Positions 1 to 9,835 of a stretch of DNA of 64,000 bases are shown here, piece by piece. Within the stretch, counting starts at the first letter, position 1. Each line of letters starts with the position of its first letter. The position numbers were made by a program, and so were the translations under genes. Under the pieces are notes generated by a model. That model was given only the letters and a program-made list of their open reading frames with translations. It was not told where the DNA came from and did not search any database. Source of the DNA: Calditrichales bacterium. Its GTDB lineage: Bacteria > Calditrichota > Calditrichia > Calditrichales > J004. The DNA lies in the NCBI GenBank assembly GCA_965267575.1, contig OZ254086.1, positions 192,001-256,000 of the forward strand, read 5' to 3'.

Positions 1-1767
1 CCCGGTGAGGCTTTTGGCGCTGCGTGCCACCTGCTTCGGCGTTCCTGCCACCACCACTTCGCCACCGTGACGTCCGGCGCGTGGCCCCAGGTCGACGATA
101 AAATCGGCGGCTTCCATGGTTTCCTTGTCATGCTCCACCACCAGCACCGTGTTTCCCAGGTCGCGTAGCTTTTTCAATGTGCGGATCAGCTTGGCGTTGT
201 CGCGCTGGTGTAAACCGATGCTGGGCTCATCCAGGATGTAAAGCACTCCCACGAGCTGTGCCCCGATCTGCGTGGCCAGCCGGATGCGCTGGGCCTCTCC
301 CCCGGACAAAGTGCCTGCCGCGCGGTTCAGCGTCAGGTATTCCAGACCCACGTTGACCAGGAACTCAAGACGTTCGCGCACCTCTTTTAAAATCTGGTGG
401 GCGATCTTTTTTTGCTGAGCCGTCAGTTTAAGCTCTTTAAAAAAGCGCATGCTTTGGCCAATTGACAGCGAGGTCAGTTCATCGATGTTTTGGCCGCTGA
501 GGGTTACGGCCAGGGCCTCCGGCTTAAGGCGGGCGCCTTTACATTCGTGGCAGGGGATATTATTCATGAAGCTTTCAATCCAGCGCCGCACATGCATTGA
601 CGAGGTCTGCTTGTAGCGCCTCTCCAGGTTGGGGATGATGCCTTCATAGGTGCTTTCCCATTCCACGTAGCCGTTCTTGCGTTTGTAGATGAATTTAACT
701 TTTTCATCCACGCCGTACATGATCATGTGGCGCGCGTTTTCAGGCAGCTTTTTCCAGGATTTGTCCATGGCAAAGTTGTATTGCCGGGCCAGGTTCTGAA
801 TCATCTCATACTGCCAGCCCTCGTTACGGGCATTTAGCACTTTGATTGCACCCTGCCGAATGGAAAGATTGTCATCAGGCACGATCAGCCTCGGGTCGAT
901 TTGCGTCAATACGCCCAGGCCGTCGCACTGCGGGCAGGCGCCAAACGGGCTGTTAAATGAAAACAATCGCGGCGCCGGCTCATCATAGGATTTGCCCGTG
1001 GCCGGATCGTAATAGTGCTCACTGAACATGACGTCCTCACCGCCGTCCACCTTGTTGATAAACAAAATGCCCTCGGCCTGTTTCAGCGCCAGCTCCACCG
1101 ATTCGGTCAAACGCTTCTGGATTGACGGATCGATCACCAGACGGTCGATGACAAGATCGACGTCATGCTTTTTCTTTTTGTCCAGCTCGATCTCTTCATC
1201 CAACATGCGCATTTCACCATCCACACGCACACGTACAAAGCCGTCACGCCGGAACTGGTTAAATAACTCCTTGTATTCACCCTTGCGTCCGCTCACCACT
1301 GGTGCCAGCACCTGGATGCGCGTCTTTTCCGGCCATTTCAGGATTGTATCCACGATTTGCTGGACGGTCTGCTTTTGCAGCGGTTTGCCGGTTACAGGGG
1401 AATGCAGCTGCCCGATGCGGGCAAAAAGCAGGCGGTAATAGTCATAAATTTCCGTAACCGTGCCAACTGTGGAGCGCGGGTTGCGGCTTGTCGATTTCTG
1501 CTCGATTGAAACAGCGGGTGACAGCCCGTCAATATAATCCACATCGGGCTTTTCCATAAGGCCCAGAAACTGCCGGGCATACGCGGAAAGTGATTCCACA
1601 TAGCGTCTTTGCCCTTCGGCGTAGATTGTATCAAAGGCAAGGCTCGACTTACCCGACCCTGACAATCCGGTGATCACCACCAGCCTGTCGCGGGGAATTT
1701 CCACATCAATATTGCGCAGATTGTGCTCGCGCGCGCCCTTTACAAGGATCGTATTTTTCCTGGCCAT
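1..1767 (-). CDS. uvrA: Excinuclease ABC subunit A, 5' part (runs off window start)
   Basis: Not in the ORF track because it has no stop in the window. Manual translation from ATG at 1767 gives [84 protein letters not shown] and [16 protein letters not shown] occur further on. Confidence 0.97.
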   Translation of the reverse strand, partial: MARKNTILVKGAREHNLRNIDVEIPRDRLVVITGLSGSGKSSLAFDTIYAEGQRRYVESLSAYARQFLGLMEKPDVDYIDGLSPAVSIEQKSTSRNPRSTVGTVTEIYDYYRLLFARIGQLHSPVTGKPLQKQTVQQIVDTILKWPEKTRIQVLAPVVSGRKGEYKELFNQFRRDGFVRVRVDGEMRMLDEEIELDKKKKHDVDLVIDRLVIDPSIQKRLTESVELALKQAEGILFINKVDGGEDVMFSEHYYDPATGKSYDEPAPRLFSFNSPFGACPQCDGLGVLTQIDPRLIVPDDNLSIRQGAIKVLNARNEGWQYEMIQNLARQYNFAMDKSWKKLPENARHMIMYGVDEKVKFIYKRKNGYVEWESTYEGIIPNLERRYKQTSSMHVRRWIESFMNNIPCHECKGARLKPEALAVTLSGQNIDELTSLSIGQSMRFFKELKLTAQQKKIAHQILKEVRERLEFLVNVGLEYLTLNRAAGTLSGGEAQRIRLATQIGAQLVGVLYILDEPSIGLHQRDNAKLIRTLKKLRDLGNTVLVVEHDKETMEAADFIVDLGPRAGRHGGEVVVAGTPKQVARSAKSLTG

Positions 1768-2061
1768 TACTCACTCATATCACAAAAATATTGTCCGGAT
1801 TTTAGACATTCAGGATTACTTCCGCCCCTCAATGTCGTTACTTAGTCACTCAAAGCGATGATTTTTTGCTTAAAAACAGTAGACCGGTAATATACGTTTT
1901 TCCCCGCTGCTCTTCCACACGCAACAGCGCGCGGAAGGCTTAAAATTGAGAAAAGGCCTTTTAATGCGCCTTATCACACTGCCATGCACGGGGCATCTTT
2001 TATATTGCCGAACCAACGATCAACCTGTTTTTAAGGAAAGCTCACAACACAAGGAGTAGAC

Positions 2062-4266
2062 ATGCGCAAAAGTGTACAACTTTTCGTCATTCATTTTCTG
2101 TTTTTCGGCATTGCCTTTTCTGCCGACCTGCCATCGAAGCGCATCAGCCAGGTAAACGGCGGCGATTTCGTCGGCTGGAAAAATAATGAGATCGTCGTCA
2201 AGTTTGATCTCAACTTGCTGGAGGAGATTGATATTCCACGCGCTCAGAACGAAGGACGTACAGGCGTCAGCCGTATTGATTCGTTTGCCGTTGAGCGTGG
2301 TATCAGCAAACTGAAACAACGCTACCCCAATGCCCCGCTGGAAGATATTTATGGCGAAGTCATGAACCTGCGCGGTTGGTTTAAAGCCCGTTTCAAGGAT
2401 TCCGTCAACGCGGAATTGGTGGCCCGTGATTTTAAAAAGATTGCCGGCGTTGTAGACGCACAGCCCATTGGCATCCACGAACTGAGCGTGGTTCATCCCA
2501 ATGACCCGCGGTATACCGGCGGAGATATGTGGTATATGGATCAGCTCAACGACAGTGACGTGGACGCGCCTGAAGCATGGGATTTTACGCGCGGCACCAG
2601 CGACATCATTGTAGCCCCGATGGATAGCGGCGTACGCTACTATCATAAAGATCTGGGCGGTGCCAACGCCTCTTCCAGCAACCCGGAAAACGCCCGTGGC
2701 AACATGTGGATCAATGAAACCGAGCTTAACGGTACAAATGGCGTGGATGATGACGGCAACGGCTACATTGATGACTGGGTTGGCTGGGATTTTGTAACGG
2801 GTAACCCGCAAAGTTTTGATGTAGGCGATGATTATGATGTGGAAGATAACGACCCGCGTGATCACAATGGCCACGGTACGCACACAGCCGGTACAGTAGG
2901 CGCCATTAGCAATAATGGCTATGGCGTGCCTTCCATGGCCGGCGGCAATGGTGAAAGCGGAGGTGTTGGCAACGGCGTAAAGGTAATGGGTTTAAGGATT
3001 GGCTGGAATGACATTTTTGATCTTGGTTTCGTGGGTATGGACTATGCAGCCAATGCTTTAATTTATGCTGCTGACAATGGCGCGCACATCGCCTCCTGTA
3101 GCTGGGGCTCTTCAAATTCCGGCGGGCTGGAAGACGCGCTCAATTATTTTCTTTACGGTACAACGACACCAACCGGCAGCGATCCGCAATTGCGCCTGGT
3201 ATTTAAAGCAGCCGGTAACGCCGATGACGAAGGCAGTGACTTTATGCTGGACCGTTCTGACGTCATCGGTGTTGCCGCTACGGACAGTAACGATGTTAAA
3301 GCTGATTTTTCCACATACGGCACCTTTGTTGATATATCCGCTCCCGGTACCCAGATATGGAGCACGTATCACAACAACAGTGATCCGGGTCCGGATTATG
3401 TGGCCGCACTGGACGGAACATCTATGGCCACGCCGCTGGTTGCTTCCATTGCCGCAATGGTGTGGGCGCACAACCAGGCGCTGACAGCCGATGAAGTCGA
3501 ATCCATCTTGCTAAGCACCGCAGATGATATCGAAGGCATATCAGGCAACTCTGCCTATATCGGCAAGCTTGGTTCCGGCCGTGTTAATGCCTATGCCGCT
3601 ATCCAGCAGGCCGATGCCGCGCTTCCGGTAAGTCTCTCCTCCTTCGCCGTAAGGATGCACCTGGGTAATGTTAAGCTTAGCTGGTCTACGGCCAGCGAGG
3701 TTAACAACAGCGGTTTTGCCATCAAGCGCAGCACTTCCGAGAATGGCGAGTATGAGCTGCTTGCCGACTTTACGCAGGACAACAAACTGCGCGGCCAGGG
3801 CAATTCATCCTCCGGCAAAAGCTACAGCTACACCGATTTCAGCGTGCAGGAAGGTCAGGATTACTGGTACCTGCTGGAAGATATCGACTTTAACGGAAGA
3901 CGCACGCAGCACGGGCCTTTGCATATCTTTGTTTCCGGTTCAGCGGACCTAACCAAGACCGACGGGCTGATTCCCAGGGAATACGCTTTGGGTGAAAACT
4001 ACCCCAACCCGTTTAACCCAACCACGCGTTTTGCGCTGGATATTCCGGCACTGAAAGACGGTAACACGCAGATTACCGTCCACGTGTATGATCTGCTGGG
4101 CAAGCGTGTCCGCACCTTGTACGACGGCACGATCGCACCGGGTAATTACACATTCGAGTGGGATGGCCGCAATGAATCGGGCCGGGTTCTGCCCAGCGGC
4201 ATGTATATTTACCGTGTCAGCACCGAGCAATTTTCGCAGGCCCGCAAAATGGTCTTGATGAAATAG
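2062..4266 (+). CDS. Secreted S8 (subtilisin-family) serine peptidase with C-terminal FlgD-Ig/T9SS-type sorting tail
   Basis: Signal peptide; triad motifs MDSG, HGTHTAG, GTSMATP; LPVSLSSF and YPNPFNPTT tail; AAGGAG RBS. Confidence 0.92.
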   Translation: MRKSVQLFVIHFLFFGIAFSADLPSKRISQVNGGDFVGWKNNEIVVKFDLNLLEEIDIPRAQNEGRTGVSRIDSFAVERGISKLKQRYPNAPLEDIYGEVMNLRGWFKARFKDSVNAELVARDFKKIAGVVDAQPIGIHELSVVHPNDPRYTGGDMWYMDQLNDSDVDAPEAWDFTRGTSDIIVAPMDSGVRYYHKDLGGANASSSNPENARGNMWINETELNGTNGVDDDGNGYIDDWVGWDFVTGNPQSFDVGDDYDVEDNDPRDHNGHGTHTAGTVGAISNNGYGVPSMAGGNGESGGVGNGVKVMGLRIGWNDIFDLGFVGMDYAANALIYAADNGAHIASCSWGSSNSGGLEDALNYFLYGTTTPTGSDPQLRLVFKAAGNADDEGSDFMLDRSDVIGVAATDSNDVKADFSTYGTFVDISAPGTQIWSTYHNNSDPGPDYVAALDGTSMATPLVASIAAMVWAHNQALTADEVESILLSTADDIEGISGNSAYIGKLGSGRVNAYAAIQQADAALPVSLSSFAVRMHLGNVKLSWSTASEVNNSGFAIKRSTSENGEYELLADFTQDNKLRGQGNSSSGKSYSYTDFSVQEGQDYWYLLEDIDFNGRRTQHGPLHIFVSGSADLTKTDGLIPREYALGENYPNPFNPTTRFALDIPALKDGNTQITVHVYDLLGKRVRTLYDGTIAPGNYTFEWDGRNESGRVLPSGMYIYRVSTEQFSQARKMVLMK

Positions 4267-4285
4267 GAAAAGCAAGCTGCTGTTT

Positions 4286-4317
4286 ATGCCCTGTCCACTA
4301 CGGACGGGGCATTTTTG
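4286..4317 (+). terminator. Intrinsic terminator after first S8 peptidase
   Basis: Stem ATGCCCTGTCC/GGACGGGGCAT followed by a T-run. Confidence 0.7.
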
Positions 4318-4350
4318 ATTTAAACCGACAACCAACCAGAAGAGGCTCTA

Positions 4351-6654
4351 ATGCGAACAGTGTATGTTTTCCTGCTGGCTGCGCTGTTTTGTAGTTCCGG
4401 CTACAGCCAAACTTATACCAACACGGATCGTCTACAGCAACTGGAAGAGCTTTTCCGCCAGCGTTATGAGCAACAAAAGGAAAAGGCTATTCAGTGGGCC
4501 ATCGACAATAATTTCCCGATCCGCCGGGTCTACGATGACGGGACGATCATCGAAATCCAGCGCATAACTCCCAATGGCAAACCGATTTATTACAGCACCG
4601 AAAACGTTGATGCCGCGGGCACAATCTCCAGCGACGATGTCTGGAGCGGTGGTTCGGCCGGACTTAATCTCACCGGCAGCGGACAAACATTAGGCGAATG
4701 GGATGGCGGTCAAATCCGCTATACACACCAGGACCTGACCGGACGCGTGACCTGGGAGGACAGCGCCAGTCCCTCCAGCAGTCAGCATAGTACGCATGTG
4801 GCCGGCACGATGATCGGCAGCGGTGTAAACAGCAATGCCCAGGGCATGGCCGAAGGCGCAAACCTGCGCGCCTGGGATTACAATAATGATACGGCGGAGA
4901 TGTCCGGAGCCGCGGCAAGCTTATATGTTTCCAATCACTCGTATGGCATTATTTGTGGTTGGGACAGTTTTGGTATCAATTGGTACGGTGATGATTCGAT
5001 TGATCCAAACGAAGATTGGAAATTCGGCTACTACACATCCAGCGAAAGTCAGGCTTATGATGACATCGCCTATAACGCACCCTATTACCTGATCTGTGCC
5101 AGCGCTGGTAACGATCGCGGCAACTCACCGCTCTTTGGTGGTCCGCCGCCCGCAGATGCCGCCAATGACGGTGGATACGATACAGTCGGACCGGCCAAAT
5201 GCGCCAAAAATATTCTTACCGTGGGCGCGGTGGAAGATATTCCGGCCGGCTGGACACAAGCCAGCGATGTGGTAATGAGCAGCTTCAGCAGCTGGGGGCC
5301 TACTGATGACGGACGCATCAAACCGGATGTTGTTGGCAACGGGGTCAGCCTTTTCTCCTGCGACGATGACAGTGACGCGGATTATGCAACGTTAAGCGGC
5401 ACCAGCATGGCCACACCAAGCATCAGCGGTTCGATTGCTTTACTGCATCAGCACTATAATACCCTCAGCAGTGGTTCAATGATGCGCGCGGCAACCGTAA
5501 AAGCGCTGCTGATCCATACCGCGGATGAGGCCGGTAGCAATCCAGGCCCGGATTACCGTTTTGGCTGGGGCCTGGTTAATATCAGGAAAGCTGCCGAACT
5601 GCTTTCCGATGTATTCGTGAGCCAGGATGAACATACCCTGCAGGAACGCACCCTGACCAATGGCGGCTCCTACAGCTTCCAGGTTACTTCAGACGGCACG
5701 CAACCGCTGCGCGTAACGATTGTCTGGACCGACGTCCCGGGCACGCCGGTCGAGCCTGTCACGCAAATCGATCCGCCCGACCTGATGCTTGTAAACGATC
5801 TTGACCTGCGCGTGACCGGCAACAGCACCACCTATTATCCCTGGACACTCGATCCGGCCAACGTGGCAAACGCCGCCCTGCGCAGCACCGACAACTTCCG
5901 AGACAACGTGGAACAGGTGCTGATCGACAATCCGGGTTCAGGCACCTATACCATCACCGTGAATCATAAAGGCACACTAACCAATGGTCCACAGGCTTTT
6001 TCTTTGCTGATGAGCGGCGCCTATTATTCGGACAACTCGCTGCCCGTCCAACTCAGCAGCTTTAGCGCATTGCAGCAGGCGGACCGCGTGAAGCTGTACT
6101 GGGTCAGTGAAAGCGAGGAAAACAATCTGGGTTATGAAATATATAAGGCCGCCTCTGAAGGGCCGTGGCAGCTTCTGGCCGATTACCGCACACATGATCA
6201 GCTGGAAGGCGCCGGCAATACATCGGCTAAAAGCGAATACAGCTTTGAAGATACCGACGTTTTACCCGGGGAAAGCTACCGCTACCGCCTGGCAGATGTC
6301 GATTACAGCGGAACGCGCACATTTCATCCGGCGGTTTCGGTCTTTATCGATCCTGCTAAATACGAAGGACAAAAAGCAACGGGTATCGCTGAAGGGTTCA
6401 TGCTCTATCCCAACTATCCCAACCCCTTCAATCCGCAAACAAAGATTGCGTTTCAGCTGCCGCAAGCCACACAGGTTAGTCTGTCAATCTATGATGAGGC
6501 AGGCCGCCTTGTGGCAAACCTGATTGATGAAGAAATGGCGGAAGGATCGTATTCTGTATCGTGGAACGCTGCCAACATGCCGTCAGGTATCTATTTTTAC
6601 CGTCTCAGCACCCCGGCATGGACGCAAAGCAGGAAAATGCTGCTCATCAAGTAA
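4351..6654 (+). CDS. Secreted S8 serine peptidase with C-terminal FlgD-Ig/T9SS-type sorting tail
   Basis: Signal peptide; WDGG, HSTHVAGT, GTSMATP; GPTDDGRIKPD; LPVQLSSF and YPNPFNPQT tail. Confidence 0.92.
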   Translation: MRTVYVFLLAALFCSSGYSQTYTNTDRLQQLEELFRQRYEQQKEKAIQWAIDNNFPIRRVYDDGTIIEIQRITPNGKPIYYSTENVDAAGTISSDDVWSGGSAGLNLTGSGQTLGEWDGGQIRYTHQDLTGRVTWEDSASPSSSQHSTHVAGTMIGSGVNSNAQGMAEGANLRAWDYNNDTAEMSGAAASLYVSNHSYGIICGWDSFGINWYGDDSIDPNEDWKFGYYTSSESQAYDDIAYNAPYYLICASAGNDRGNSPLFGGPPPADAANDGGYDTVGPAKCAKNILTVGAVEDIPAGWTQASDVVMSSFSSWGPTDDGRIKPDVVGNGVSLFSCDDDSDADYATLSGTSMATPSISGSIALLHQHYNTLSSGSMMRAATVKALLIHTADEAGSNPGPDYRFGWGLVNIRKAAELLSDVFVSQDEHTLQERTLTNGGSYSFQVTSDGTQPLRVTIVWTDVPGTPVEPVTQIDPPDLMLVNDLDLRVTGNSTTYYPWTLDPANVANAALRSTDNFRDNVEQVLIDNPGSGTYTITVNHKGTLTNGPQAFSLLMSGAYYSDNSLPVQLSSFSALQQADRVKLYWVSESEENNLGYEIYKAASEGPWQLLADYRTHDQLEGAGNTSAKSEYSFEDTDVLPGESYRYRLADVDYSGTRTFHPAVSVFIDPAKYEGQKATGIAEGFMLYPNYPNPFNPQTKIAFQLPQATQVSLSIYDEAGRLVANLIDEEMAEGSYSVSWNAANMPSGIYFYRLSTPAWTQSRKMLLIK

Positions 6655-6704
6655 ATCCGTAATCGACACGATTTTTATCCATTGAAGATTGTGCAGTTTG
6701 GCAT

Positions 6705-6743
6705 AAAAAAAGGGAAGACCGCATGGCCTTCCCTTTTCTTTTT
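6705..6743. terminator. Bidirectional intrinsic terminator
   Basis: AAAAAAAGGGAAG-loop-CTTCCCTTTTCTTTTT between convergent genes. Confidence 0.75.
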
Positions 6744-6761
6744 CTGCGCATCCCTGCAAAC

Positions 6762-8114
6762 TTAGTTGATGCCGTATTTTTTGAGCTTGGACATAAAGGT
6801 GCTGCGGTTAACCTGCAGCTCTTTTGCTGTTTGCACTTTGTTGTTCTTATTCTTTTCCAGGGCGTCCAGAATAATCTTTTTCTCAAAACTTTCCACGGCA
6901 TGCACCAGGCCCTTATCCAGTTCAACCATTCCCGCTTCGGCTGATCCCTTGATATCTCCGGGCAAATCTTCCGGATGGATAACGCCATTCTTGTTAAGCA
7001 CAACCGTTCTTTCGATCATATTTTCCAGTTCACGGATATTACCCGGATAATCGTAGGATTTAAACATGGCCATTGCACGGTTGTCGATATCACGGATGTT
7101 CTTTCCGTAAATCTTGCTGAATTTTTCGATAAAATGGTTTACGAGATAAGGAATGTCCTCGCGGCGCTCGCGTAACGGCGGAACCTGGATCGGTATGACA
7201 TTCAGGCGGTAAAACAGGTCGCTGCGGAAAGATCCCTTTTCCATGGCATCTTCGAGGTTTTTATTTGTAGCGGTAATTATGCGCACATCCACCTTGATGG
7301 TTTCCGTTCCGCCAACCCTTTCAAATTCCCCTTCCTGCAAAACCCGCAACAGTTTCAACTGCATATTCAAAGATATGTCGCCGATCTCATCCAGAAATAG
7401 CGTGCCGCCATTGGCCAGTTCAAAGCGCCCCACACGATCCTTAATGGCACCCGTAAAGGCGCCGCGTACATGGCCAAACAACTCGCTTTCCAACAAGCTT
7501 TCAGCAAACACGCCGCAGTTAACCTTGATAAAGGGACGCTTCATGCGCTGGCTGTTGTAATGTATGGCGTTGGCGATCAGTTCCTTGCCTGTGCCGCTTT
7601 CGCCGCGTATAAGGACGGTGGTATTGGTAGCGGCCACATCGCGCACCAGCGAGAAAAGCTCTTTGATCTTGTCCGTCTTACCGATGATATTTGTAAAATC
7701 ATATTTCTGCTGCAGCTTGTTTAGCAGAAATTCGTTTTCCTTTATCAGGGAGCTCAGTTGAGAAATGCGCTCAACCTTGGCATGCAACTCTTCGAAGCGC
7801 AGCGGCTTGGTGATGTAATCCTTGGCACCGATCTTCATAGCTTCGACAGCATTATCTATGGTGCCGTACGCGGTCATCATCAAAACCGGAATGTGCGGAT
7901 AATCCTTGGTGATGTTTTTGAGCAGTTCCATGCCGTCCATACCGGGCATGTAAATATCGGACAAAATGATATCCGGCTCGCTTTGTTTCACCTGACGCAA
8001 TGCCTCTATGCCGTTTGAAGCTTTGTCAACTTCGTACCCTTTGCTGACAAATACTTCCGCCATGAGTTCCAGAGCGTCCTTTTCGTCATCTACAACCAAG
8101 ATTCGGGTTTTCAT
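6762..8114 (-). CDS. Sigma-54-dependent response regulator (NtrC/AtoC family)
   Basis: N-terminal receiver (VVDDE, SDIYMP), AAA+ domain (GESGTGKEL, GAFTGA, LFLDEIG), C-terminal Fis-type HTH. Confidence 0.95.
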   Translation of the reverse strand: MKTRILVVDDEKDALELMAEVFVSKGYEVDKASNGIEALRQVKQSEPDIILSDIYMPGMDGMELLKNITKDYPHIPVLMMTAYGTIDNAVEAMKIGAKDYITKPLRFEELHAKVERISQLSSLIKENEFLLNKLQQKYDFTNIIGKTDKIKELFSLVRDVAATNTTVLIRGESGTGKELIANAIHYNSQRMKRPFIKVNCGVFAESLLESELFGHVRGAFTGAIKDRVGRFELANGGTLFLDEIGDISLNMQLKLLRVLQEGEFERVGGTETIKVDVRIITATNKNLEDAMEKGSFRSDLFYRLNVIPIQVPPLRERREDIPYLVNHFIEKFSKIYGKNIRDIDNRAMAMFKSYDYPGNIRELENMIERTVVLNKNGVIHPEDLPGDIKGSAEAGMVELDKGLVHAVESFEKKIILDALEKNKNNKVQTAKELQVNRSTFMSKLKKYGIN

Positions 8115-8185
8115 CCGCTTTGCCTCCCTAGTGATGCGGGATTAGAATTAAAAATGGGGCTAATGAGTTAAGATTGGCATTGTTA

Positions 8186-8214
8186 AATTTAAAGGGGTTA
8201 ATAGTTTAAGGCAA
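8186..8214 (-). promoter_or_regulatory. Putative sigma-70 promoter
   Basis: TTGCCT-N17-TAAATT upstream of the regulator. Confidence 0.45.
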
Positions 8215-8223
8215 ATTCAAACA

Positions 8224-9009
8224 TCAATTATTGAGATAGTCTTCAAGCATCTTTTGCAACATTTGGGCATTACGCACAGCTTTGGCCGTGGGGTGGTTAT
8301 TAAAGAATACATAATTCTTATAGGCTGTCTTTAAGAGCTCGCTGATGCGAATCATCCACGGCTCCAGTTCTTCGCCGCTATACTCATAATTGTAGCGCGC
8401 CGATCCTTCTCCCTCCCACCAATCCTTCGCATTGCGGCCATGTAAACGGAAGTAACTGTTTTCGCCGGTCATAATGTTTTGCGCCGGAAGCAGGCCCTTC
8501 AACTTCGGCTGGTCAACATTTACAAAGTCCAGATGCAATCCACGCATGAAATCGTACATTGCCGGTTTCAGCCAGCTGTCATGGCGAAACTCCACAAAAA
8601 CCGCCGAAGCATCCGCCAGCCTATCTTGGACCAAACTTAGATAATGTCTGTTTTGCTGATTGTTTTTAAACGAGAACGGAAATTGCGCCAGGTAGCCGCC
8701 CAGTTTGTTACTTTCGGCGAGCGGCGCTGTGGCTTCTTTCAGGTAATCGATGTAGGTTAATCCGTCTTTGCGTGTGTGCGTTGTCTCCCTGTTGAGCTTT
8801 ATGACAAAGGAAAAATCATCCGGGGTTTGGCGGGCCATTCGCTCAAAAGTTGAAGCCGCCGGAATAGTGTAATAGCTCACATTGATTTCAACACAATTGA
8901 AATAGCGGGCGTAATACGACAGCATGTCGCGGTTGGCCATGTTTTCAGGGTAAAACGGCCCCTTCCAGTCAGCATAGCTGAATCCGCTCGTTCCGATGTA
9001 AAGTGTCAT
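8224..9009 (-). CDS. DUF72 family protein
   Basis: IGTSGFSY.DW, VEIN.SYY, VEFRH.SW, YFRLHG, FFNN motifs. Confidence 0.9.
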   Translation of the reverse strand: MTLYIGTSGFSYADWKGPFYPENMANRDMLSYYARYFNCVEINVSYYTIPAASTFERMARQTPDDFSFVIKLNRETTHTRKDGLTYIDYLKEATAPLAESNKLGGYLAQFPFSFKNNQQNRHYLSLVQDRLADASAVFVEFRHDSWLKPAMYDFMRGLHLDFVNVDQPKLKGLLPAQNIMTGENSYFRLHGRNAKDWWEGEGSARYNYEYSGEELEPWMIRISELLKTAYKNYVFFNNHPTAKAVRNAQMLQKMLEDYLNN

Positions 9010-9094
9010 GAATTACATTATGCCAATCTTTTTGCAGTTGAGATCATGAACCTTTCAGCAATTCATTAACGCAGTTTACAGGATAAAATTTTCC

Positions 9095-9835
9095 ATGACA
9101 AAAATATTAATTATAGGTGCTTCATCGGGGATTGGTTTAAGCCTTGCAAAGTATTATCTGGCCCGTGGTAGTTCCGTGGCGGCAACGGCAAGAAGTACGG
9201 ATGCATTTGAAAAACTGCTTAAACGATACCCTGAAAATTTTCAATTTCGAGCGGCTGACATTAGCGATCAGGCGAATAACGAAAAGGCCTGCCGCGACAT
9301 GATAGAACAAATGGGCGGACTAGACGTGGCCGTGATTTCCGCCGGTGTCAGTTTACAGAATCTGTCGCTAACCATTGACAAAGAGCAGCTTACGGTAGAT
9401 ATAAATGTAAGAGGATTCGTTTATGCCGCGATTTGGCTGGCGCACTTTTTTGAAGAACAGGGTTACGGTCATCTGGCGGCAACCTCATCCATGGCGCAGT
9501 TTTATGGCAGCCCGCAAAGACCTTCCTACAACGCATCTAAAGCTTTTATTTCCACCTTTGCGGAAGGGCTTGCCATCAAATACCATGGCAGCGGCATATT
9601 CATCAGCGATATCAGACCCGGCCTGATTGACACGCCGATGACGGTCGGTCTGGGTTATGACAAGTTGAAGATCAGCAGCGAACAAGCGGCATTGATCATC
9701 GCTAAAGGTTTGGCACGCCGCAAGCGTAAAATTATTATCGGAAAAGGATGGATGTTCCTGGCGCGGTTGTCGGCCTTGCTGCCGTTGCGGCTATTCCGGA
9801 AAATTTATTACTCCGCGTCACCCAAAAGAAGCTGA
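9095..9835 (+). CDS. Short-chain dehydrogenase/reductase
   Basis: GASSGIG Rossmann motif, YxxSK (YNASK), PGLIDT. Confidence 0.9.
   Translation: MTKILIIGASSGIGLSLAKYYLARGSSVAATARSTDAFEKLLKRYPENFQFRAADISDQANNEKACRDMIEQMGGLDVAVISAGVSLQNLSLTIDKEQLTVDINVRGFVYAAIWLAHFFEEQGYGHLAATSSMAQFYGSPQRPSYNASKAFISTFAEGLAIKYHGSGIFISDIRPGLIDTPMTVGLGYDKLKISSEQAALIIAKGLARRKRKIIIGKGWMFLARLSALLPLRLFRKIYYSASPKRS

Noticed and set aside
1768-2061. LexA box or sigma-54 promoter in the uvrA/peptidase spacer
   Set aside because: No recognisable SOS palindrome; the GGCA...TTGC candidate has the wrong spacing.
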